Positions 54,770 through 64,000 of a stretch of 64,000 nucleotides of DNA are shown here, piece by piece. The stretch comes from Octopus vulgaris (taxonomy: Eukaryota), in the NCBI GenBank assembly GCA_951406725.2, contig OX597819.1, positions 62,124,001-62,188,000 of the forward strand, in the 5' to 3' direction. Position 1 is the stretch's first letter. Every line of letters begins with the position of its first letter. The notes below the pieces were generated by a model. That model saw nothing but the letters and a program-made list of their open reading frames with translations, was not told the DNA's origin and searched no databases. The translations under genes were made by a program, and so were the position numbers.

Positions 54770-56519
54770 TATATAATAATTTGTGTGTGTATGCGTGAAA
54801 ATAAATATTTTTATTTGGGTATATGATCATAAATTTACAAGGTAGGAAAAATGAGATGATGTGGCTTTCATGCTTTTCTCGAGCATTAGTGATGTAAACA
54901 AAGAGATAATTGGTTTCAAATTACAATCGAAACCGAAACCGGCTCTCAAAGGCTTAAGTTGACCGCGAGTTTTTTGCATCTCGTTCCGAGGCGCTTGCCA
55001 CACTGCGAGAATAAATATTGCACTTGTTCTATGGACAAACAACGAACATGTCAACGACAGAGATTATAACATTGTAGAAAACTAACAGAAAGAATTAATG
55101 TTAATGTAGAAAACGGAGATAAGAACGTATGAATAACAAATCTGGTAGGACACGTGACTGATGACGTCTTCTTGAGACCGCCATTAACTACATGATCTCT
55201 ACTCTGTGTTTTCGTAGGGTTTGTAAGGTTAAGTAAATTTAGCGAAGTTCATATCTTTCAGAACTAGTAGATACTCTGTAGAGAGATTGAAATCGTCGTT
55301 ACAAACCAACGGTACATTTAGCAGCCGATAGATATGTTAGAAACAACAGCCAAATTCCTGTAAATCACAGCGTAAGTCTTATGAATGAAGGCCAGAAAGG
55401 CGATGTTTCTAGAGGGAACGTCTTTAATTATAGTTTTGGTGAATTTGGACAAAACCACAGAAAAAAAAAGTTGAAAAATGTTCGACGACTTGTCTGGTGT
55501 TGCTACTTGTATCGGTTATACAATTTCAGTGGCTGTGACAGGATATGAATTTCCTGACCGCTGAATACCCTTTCCTAAATAACGACATTACACCAGTACA
55601 CACGCACGCACGCACATACGCATACACAGACAAATTCTTTTGTGAGTGACAATCAATATTTAGATTTAGTTTTTAATAGCTGTCATAGAGTAGTCTCCCC
55701 TTACAGTCACGTTGCTAAGTTTAATGCAGTTATCGTTCCTAGGAAAGACTGGTATCAAAATTGCTTTAATGAATTGAGGTGAAGCAATGTAAATGCAAGT
55801 GCTTACTCGAAACTGATATACTCGCAACAAATTTGAACTTATGAGCTCGCACTCCAACACTTTATCCGTTTAGCAACTACGCTTCTTTAAGAAGAAAGCA
55901 AGTTAACTGAGGAATATTTATCTTGTTTTCCTTTTGTGGTTTTGCGCATTTGAAAAAAGCTTACAGATATTTAAGCGTGCAGTCGAAGCCAATTTCATTG
56001 ACTTAGCTGACTTTGGAAGAATGAAACCAGCGGAAATCGAACTCAAGACCACTGTCTCACAACAGATTACAAACGGAATTAATAAATGTATATCGCAAAT
56101 ACTCCTGCGATGATGCTGATGATAATAACAATAATCCTTTCTACTATAGGCACAAGGCCTGAAATTTTGGGGGAAGGGACCTGTCGATTACATCGACTCC
56201 AGTACTCCACTGGTACTTATTTTATCGACTCTGAAAGAGATGAAAGACAAAGGCAGCCTCGGTGGGATTAGAACTCAGAACATGAAGACAAACGAATTAC
56301 CGTTAAGCTCTTCGTCCGATGTGCCAACGATTCTGCCAGTTCCCCACCTGCAAGGCCATGTGCTGTTTATCTTGATATGAGATCCCCATGTCGCGCACAT
56401 ATGGATGTGATGCATGTGCCTGGTGTGCCCTTATCAGACGGGTAGTCATGATAGGTATACTGGGCTTCGTATATTTTACCCCAGTAACACTTTGATGGCA
56501 TGTGCTGCTCTCTCACTGA

Positions 56520-56561
<42 letters not shown>

Positions 56562-56779
56562 GATATAGGAGACAAAAAGGTAGAAATTTTTGGGTGGGGA
56601 GGGCTTTAGTCAATTATATCGACTCAAGCATTTGATTGGTATTTTATTTTATCGACCTTGATTGAATGAAAGCTGAACTTAGCGGGATTTGAACTCAGAA
56701 CGCAAACTCACTCAGCTGCGTTCACTGTGTACTAGATAGTGGAGGAAGGAGAACAGAGTGTTCCCGACTTCCTTTACAT

Positions 56780-56849
<70 letters not shown>

Positions 56850-57315
56850 TATATATATAGAAGCAATGGTAGGAAAGATAGTTTGACTTCACACCACAAA
56901 TCTGTGGTTCTATTGGATACCAATAAATAACATGTGAAGTCGTGTTCTGTTTTTCCTCACAGCTTTACTACAATGTTCATTCATGCATTAAACAAGCTGA
57001 GCTTAGAAAGAAAAGCAAAACGTTACTTGGAGAACATTTGGCTTTCATAGTGATCGGTGCTGGCTCCTGGCGTCAACATGTCAATCGAGTGAGAAATAAA
57101 TCGCCTTACGCTTGGGGTGGGACGTCTCGACTCTTTATCATGCGTTTGGAGATCAAATATTAATCAGGATTAACTTTGCTTTTGATAGGTCTGGGTTTAG
57201 TCAAATAGGTACCAGTCATATTCTGAGGGTATAGTCAATCTCTTTCTGTTCCGTTGTCTCTCCACTCTATTTTTCTCTGTTACACACATTTTCTCTCTTT
57301 CTTAGAACACACACA

Positions 57316-57393
<78 letters not shown>

Positions 57394-57567
57394 TATATGA
57401 AAAACATAAATATAAAGAATTTGAAAAAAAAAAAAAGAGTATTCGATGCCAATAGCTGACTTATTTTATGATTGTAAAGGCTGATATTTCACATCTGGAA
57501 TCTTGAATTTCCCGTTCCCGATCTTCAGACTAAAGAAGAAATCTCTAACTGTTTTTTATCCCTTTAA

Positions 57568-57912
57568 ACACACACGCACGCACGCACACACACACACACA
57601 CACACATAAATACACACACATATATACATACATATATACACACATATATATACATACATATATATGTATATATATATATGTATATATATTTATATATATA
57701 TACATATATGTATATATATACATAAGCTCCTTCTATAAAATAAAATATATATATATACATATATATTTATATATATGTATATATATATACATATGTATAT
57801 ATATATATACATATATATATATACATATATATATATATACATATATATATATACATATATATACACATATATATATATATACATATATATATGTATATAT
57901 ATATGTATATAT
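57568..57912. repeat. Compound (CA)n/(TA)n/(TACA) microsatellite field
   Basis: Directly visible; similar fields at 56780-56860, 57320-57390, 60795-60980 (TATG)n and 62065-62295. Confidence 0.95.
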
Positions 57913-57939
57913 ATCTGTTCTCTGGCTCTAGCTCCCTCT

Positions 57940-57982
<43 letters not shown>

Positions 57983-58361
57983 GAGAGGGAGCTAGAACCA
58001 GAGAACAGATTAAGCGAAACTACGTTTCACAGGTCGGTTATGGAGAATTTCTGATTCCAGATGTGACACCACAAATGTTCACGGGTTGTGGTGGGATAAA
58101 AGGAACTATGGATGTGTTATGATTTTTCTTTTTACACTGAAAATATCTGTGACATGAATTGAAATTATATGAAGTGAGAAATGTTTTGAACCGGGATTGG
58201 GAATCGAAACTCTATAGTAGTTTCGACTCTTTTGGGTTTATAAATAATACGTGTAGTAAAATAATAAGTAAGGTTAGATGCCAGTGCCTATCCGCACCTC
58301 AAATGCACAGGACGTATGACAATCGTCCTTAAACGATGTTATCACTCTCATGATATATATG

Positions 58362-58402
<41 letters not shown>

Positions 58403-58495
58403 TTAAATTAAGCTGCTATAAGTTTCATGTTTACGATAGTACCATAGTTAGGCGATCTTGTATAGCGTGCCATGTACTATCGGACAATTCTTCAA

Positions 58496-58569
<74 letters not shown>

Positions 58570-58631
58570 TATATATATATATTTGTACATTAAGGTTATC
58601 ATTGGTTTTTCATGTAAAGAAAATGTTTTAA

Positions 58632-58880
58632 TATTCTTTTATTCTTTTACTTGTTTAAGTTATTTGACTGCGGCCATGCTGAAGCACCGCCTTAGATGTT
58701 TTTTAGTTGAAGAAATTGACTCTAGGACTTATTCTTTGTAAGCCTAGTACTTATTCTATCGGTCTCTTTTACCGAACCGTTAAGTTACGGGGACGTAAAC
58801 ACACCAACATCGGGTGTCAATCGATGGTGAGGGGACAAACATAGACACAAAGACACACACACACACACACACCACACACA

Positions 58881-58932
<52 letters not shown>

Positions 58933-59085
58933 GATGGGCTTCTTTCAGTTCCCGTCTGCCAAATCCACTCACAAGGCTTTGGTCGGCCCGAGACAATAGT
59001 AAAAGACAGTTGCCTAAGGCGTCACACAGTGGGACTGGACCCGCAACCATTGATTGGGAAGAAGCTTCTTACCATACAGCCACCT
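58632..59085 (-). mobile_element. tRNA-derived SINE (same family as 50185)
   Basis: Shared GACTTATTCTTTGTAAGCCTAGTACTTATTCTATCGGTCTC body and CA microsatellite. Confidence 0.75.
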
Positions 59086-59269
59086 TAACAATTTTTCAAG
59101 CCGATCTTACATGAAACCAATGGTAGCCTTATTACACAAATAAAGAAACTTTATCCACCAATGCTGTATTGAGCACTTCTCTTATTGTTCGACATTTACG
59201 CACGTATGCATATCTGTTTTTACGTATGTATATATACATTGTGTGTATGTGTTTGTGTGATCTGGTAGC

Positions 59270-59517
59270 TTATAGGGCTGTCGCAAAGCGTCTCCTTCGC
59301 CTCGATGCCTTTCTTCTCAAACGCCTGATATGTCTCCTTCTCCTCCGGCGACGCTGCTTGTCCCTCTTACGCCGTCTGTCTGTGCGATTCTGTGTCTTCT
59401 GGCAACTACATGACTCACAACAGTATGATGCTATGGCGTCTCTGTGACAAGCATGTGGATTTAGCCGGACTATCTTCTGGCAATATTTCTTGTTTTTGTC
59501 AGGACCGTTACAAGTTT
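59270..59517 (-). CDS. ADAMTS-like terminal exon: PLAC-like domain plus Arg-rich tail
   Basis: cag| (K)TCNGPDKNKKYCQKIVRLNPHACHRDAIASYCCESCSCQKTQNRTDRRRKRDKQRRRRRRRHIRRLRRKASRRRRRFATAL*; phase fits; CC.SC motif. Confidence 0.8.
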
Positions 59518-60106
59518 CTGCAAGAAAAACACAATATAAGTCGTGAAACTCGGAGTAATAACAGAATGAATCATCAGCTACATATATATATGTAACATGG
59601 TATAATTATAAACAAGGCAAATTTTAGCAATTTCTCCGCAGACTGAAAAAAAAAATGATGGAAAACTCTAATCGATTTTCGAATTTTATTGAGGTCTCAT
59701 CAGAGGCGTCTTCATCGTTCTTACAGTCCCCAGAGAAATATACAGCCAAATTGTTTATATACTCAACAAGTGCAGCAGTTACTCTATGAAGTAGTCCCTA
59801 ATTTGCATGCCGAAAGTGTTTCACACCAAGGTATGATAATATATATATGATGTATGTATATATGATCTTCGCACGCGACTGTTACATGAGCTTAATGTCA
59901 CATGAACATTGACCAATCCTCGCAATTTCGGCTGACTATACTTGAGATTGCTCCAATCTGGCCAGCCCCAAAGAAAAACTAAGCCAAGAGCATTAGATTC
60001 CTTGGAAGAAAGCAGCGAATATATACAAAAACAAGGACGGAAAAAACGGACAATGTTACACAAATACAATAAAAATAATAACAGGACATAACAAAGGGTG
60101 TCATTT

Positions 60107-60168
<62 letters not shown>

Positions 60169-60252
60169 AGCCTTGAGCTATGTTACACGTAAATCCTCAT
60201 ACATGGAAAGCATAGGTAAATAACAGAATGATAAAAGAAAGAGAATACTCAC

Positions 60253-60319
60253 TCTGTGTTGAGCAAACAGATTTTGTAGATTTGTAGAATTCAGCGACGC
60301 ACATTCCTCTCCAACACAT
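60253..60319 (-). CDS. ADAMTS-like exon (end of disintegrin-like domain)
   Basis: cag| MCWRGMCVAEFYKSTKSVCSTQ |gtgagt; C..G.CV completes the domain; phase 0/1. Confidence 0.82.
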
Positions 60320-60447
60320 CTGAAATATCAACAATTGAGAAACGTAAATGTGAAGCTTTCACTAATATAATATTGTCGGTATTTTATGTTTCCTATTGTA
60401 AATAATACCTGTGTGTGTGTGTGTGTGTGTGTTTCTGTATGTATGTA

Positions 60448-60787
60448 TGAAGGTGCATGGCTCAGTGGTTAGAGTTTCGAGCTTACGATCGTGAGATTGT
60501 GAGTTCAAATCCCGGACCGGACTGCGTGTTGTGTTCTTGAGCAAGACACTTTATGTCACGTTGCTCCAGTTCACTCAACTGTAGAAATGAGTTGCGACGT
60601 CACAGGTACCAAGCTATATCGGCACCTTTGGCCTTTCCCTTGGATAACATTGGTGGCGTGAAGAGGGGAGGCAGGTATGCATGGGCGAGTGCTGGTCTTC
60701 CATAAACAACCTTCCCCGGACTTGTGCCTGGGAAGGTAACTTTCTAGGTGCAATACCATGGTCAGTCATGACCGAAGGGGGTCTCAG
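60448..60787 (+). mobile_element. tRNA-derived SINE, third family
   Basis: TGGCTCAGTGGTTAGAG (A box) and GAGTTCAAATCCC (B box) followed by GTGTTCTTGAGCAAGACACTT core. Confidence 0.7.
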
Positions 60788-61461
60788 CTCAGCATGTATC
60801 TATGCATGCATGCATGCATGTATGTATGTATGTATGTATGTATGTATGTATGTATGTATGTATGTATGCATGTATGTATGTATGCATGTATGTATGCATG
60901 TATGTATGCATGTATGTATGCATGTATGTATGCATTTATGTATGTATGTATGTATGTATGTATGTATGCATGTATGTATCTATCTATATCTCCCTCTCCC
61001 TCCCTTACCTCCACTTCTCTCTTGCTATCTCTGATTCCGCTATTGCAATAGCTTCTTCTTTTGAAGTATATCCTTTCAACCACACACACACGCGCACACC
61101 AGTGGCGGATGCAGGTGTGTTGCGCTAGTTGCCCGAGCAACACACTTTCTAGCCGAGCCGATGCCAAGAAAAAGAAAAAAAAAAAAGGGACCAAGGTTTA
61201 TTTCCAGCAGTTTCACAGCATTACTGTTTCTTATGCATATGGTCTGCTACTTGTCCGAAGATATAAAAATGTGTTCGTTTGTTACAAATTGCGGATCCCA
61301 CTTTTTATAGTATTTTTTCGAAACTTTTGGGCAACACCCCAAAAATATTCCTGGGCCCCACTCCTGCACACGGATACATATACACACAGGATCAGCTTGC
61401 ACACAGTTTCCGCCAACCAAAAGATCTTTGTTAGATAATTTTGGAAAATTTGATATCTAAC

Positions 61462-61584
61462 CTTTCCGTCTCCACAGCGGGTTCCTGCAATTCCTCGGAG
61501 TCCTCCAACTGTTCGACAAGTGCTTGCTTCTTTGGAATCCTGGCACCATAATGTCGAACACATATTATCTAAGAGGGATTTTTG
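61462..61584 (-). CDS. ADAMTS-like exon (disintegrin-like/Cys-rich)
   Basis: tag| QKSLLDNMCSTLWCQDSKEASTCRTVGGLRGIAGTRCGDGK |gttaga; C..LWC and GT.CG.GK motifs. Confidence 0.88.
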
Positions 61585-61674
61585 CTAGAAAGAGAAAAAG
61601 GAAAATAATAAAAATGTAATCAAGTATACATATATGCATGCACACGCACGCACGCGCGCGCACACACACACACA

Positions 61675-61724
<50 letters not shown>

Positions 61725-61795
61725 AAGTATGGGGGGGGTTAGTTCACAGTTGATCTAAACGATTAGGTACGCTCATCAGAGACAAATATATATTT

Positions 61796-61851
61796 GTCTC
61801 TGATGACGGAATATCCCATACTCGGGGATATCCCAGAAACAGGTGTAAGAC
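61796..61851 (+). ncRNA. Candidate minimal type I hammerhead ribozyme (Penelope-like element pLTR relic)
   Basis: GTCT-CTGATGA-stem II (GGAATATCCC/GGGATATCCC)-GAAAC-AGGT-GTA-AGAC. Confidence 0.6.
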
Positions 61852-61935
61852 TTTGAATTATTTTTTCCAATAATAATATTGTATACGACTTGAAATGTTT
61901 GTTGCCTTGCCTTAATGTCTGTTGCCCTCTTCAAC

Positions 61936-61997
<62 letters not shown>

Positions 61998-62116
61998 TTA
62001 ACAATTAAGGACAACTTCTTAATAAGGAATCTTAACAAGAAATTATCAGGTAGATAGCGTGATAAATGTATATATATATATACATAGGTATGTATATATA
62101 TATATATATATGTATG

Positions 62117-62151
<35 letters not shown>

Positions 62152-62152
62152 G

Positions 62153-62193
<41 letters not shown>

Positions 62194-62194
62194 G

Positions 62195-62253
<59 letters not shown>

Positions 62254-62389
62254 GTATGTATGTATGTATGTATATATATATATGTGTGTGTGTGTTTCTC
62301 TTTTCTCAGAACCAAACTTGGCACCCTAATGTGCGAAACCATTTCTCCTTTAACTAAGTATAAAGAACAATAAAATTCCTAAAACTTAC

Positions 62390-62528
62390 ATCACACATTC
62401 TCCATTTTTCACCAAAAACCATACTGCATTGCTGATCAAGTGTAAACCGTCGTCCGGGTGGGTTTGCCTGAAGGTTGTACTCCAAGTACGTGTTAGGTTT
62501 GTCAAAAACACACTCAGCGGAGTCTTTA
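62390..62528 (-). CDS. ADAMTS-like exon (end of protease domain, start of disintegrin-like domain)
   Basis: cag| KDSAECVFDKP...PPGRRFTLDQQCSMVFGEKWRMCD |gtaagt; C..D.P and PG..Y/F..D.QC...FG motifs; phase fits. Confidence 0.88.
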
Positions 62529-62838
62529 CTGGAAAAGAAGAAAGAAAAAAACACCAATCAAAACAATAAATAAGAGAAAAAATATTAAAAATATGATAAA
62601 ATAGGTATTTTGCTGTACTTTGGGTGGGTCGTTGTGAGAATAATAAATACACACACTGGTTCTATTTCACTTGTTTATTTGTCAGTTGATTAACTAATCG
62701 ATTGTTAGATTGACATAATTTTTACAAGCATATAAGCTTATTGATTGATCAACTGAATGATTAACCAAAGAAAATATATATTTGAACACACGAGTTCACA
62801 TATAAAAATCCTCCTCCTCCTCCTCCTCCTCCTCCTCC

Positions 62839-62890
<52 letters not shown>

Positions 62891-63399
62891 TTTCATCATC
62901 ATCATTATCCTTTAACGCCCATGCTGGCATGGGTTGGACGGTTTGATCAGAGCTGGCGCGCTGGAGGGCTGCACCGGGCTCTCGTCTGATTAGAGTTGGT
63001 TTCTACGGCTGGATGCCCTTCCTAATAACAACTACTTTACAGTGTGCGGCTGGTGCTTTCAACGTAGCACCGCACGAGCGCTTTTACGTGGCACTGGCAC
63101 AAGTGCTTTTTATGTGACACCGCCACATGACTCCCTGCAGGCATATCCTCTTTAGCAAGAGGAGGATAAGTAAAATAAATAGAAATGAGACATGAATGAA
63201 AGTGAAAGTGAAACTAAATCTCATAGTAGTATTTGTTCTGATCAAAGCCGACGATATTTTCCCATTCATAGTGTATCTAGTACTACATTAAGTAATAAGT
63301 CTTTGCCTTTCTCTAATAGCCAGCTAATTAACACAGTGCATCTAATCAACTGCGGTTCCCCTGCATTAAGCGATATACATACACATATATATTGTTTTA

Positions 63400-63640
63400 T
63401 TTCTTTATTCTTTTACATGTTTCAGTCATTTGACTGCGGCCATGCTGGAGCACCGCCTTTAGTCGAACAATTCGATCCCAGGACTCATTCTTTGTAAGCC
63501 TAGTACTTGTTCTATTGGTCTCTTTTGCCGAACCGTTAAGTTACGGGGACGTAAACACACCAACATCGGTTGTCAAGCGATGGTTGTGGAACAAGCACAG
63601 ACACACAAATACATACATACATCATATGTATACATACATC

Positions 63641-63697
<57 letters not shown>

Positions 63698-63815
63698 CAT
63701 ATACACGACGGGTTTCTTTCAGTTTCCGTCTACCAAATCCACTTACAAGATTTTGGTAGGCCCGAGGCTATAGTAGAAGACACTTGCTCTAGGTGCTACG
63801 TAGTGGGACTGAACC
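63400..63815 (-). mobile_element. tRNA-derived SINE (same family as 50185)
   Basis: Same body and head sequences with expanded (TA)n. Confidence 0.72.
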
Positions 63816-63866
63816 GACTGTGTGTGTGTGCAAAATAACAATGTTAGGTGAACACTTTTGACTTAC

Positions 63867-64000
63867 CTCAGTACATTGGTAATCTGTTTGATGGAACACT
63901 CAGACAGGTACATGTAGTTCAGTTTTCCATCGTTGCTGCCATATTCTGTCGGTGACATGATGTAGTTTTGCTCCGCGGGGCAAGCTGTGTTATTCAGTAC
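63867..64000 (-). CDS. ADAMTS-like M12B metalloprotease exon (Met-turn; truncated by window edge)
   Basis: VLNNTACPAEQNYIMSPTEYGSNDGKLNYMYLSECSIKQITNVL(S) |gtaagt; YIM Met-turn and S.CS motif of reprolysins. Confidence 0.85.

Noticed and set aside
55158-55185. CTGATGA hammerhead-like start
   Set aside because: No downstream GAAA or stem III.
57503-58122. ORFs rich in Y/I/H/T (also 28675-28953, 60681-61194, 62059-62373)
   Set aside because: Translations of micro- and minisatellites.
59169-59447. + strand Leu/Arg-rich ORF
   Set aside because: Antisense shadow of the Arg-rich terminal exon on the - strand.

Overview
AT-rich, repeat-dense animal genomic DNA; the SINE/RTE-tail, microsatellite and piggyBac-MITE content resembles octopus/cephalopod DNA (inference). 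The + strand (1174-45763) carries 21 coding exons of O-GlcNAc transferase (OGT). They splice via GT-AG into one open frame of about 1020 codons; the first exon lies upstream of the window and a probable 3' UTR runs to about 49100. The - strand (64000-59270) carries the last five exons of a convergent ADAMTS-like M12B metalloprotease with Met-turn, disintegrin-like/Cys-rich and PLAC-like parts, an Arg-rich tail and no visible TSP1 repeat. The main signal is the 12.7-kb OGT intron 7129-19803, at the same position as the O-GlcNAc-sensing detained intron 4 of mammalian OGT. It holds a GC-rich cryptic exon packed with 5' splice-site-like hexamers (decoy-exon-like), further poison-exon candidates and three related GCGCGC elements in an otherwise CpG-depleted gene. 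This suggests an invertebrate OGT splicing-feedback system. Also present: mariner relics, a deleted piggyBac and its MITEs, a Helitron-like element, foldback hairpins and candidate Penelope-type hammerhead ribozymes.
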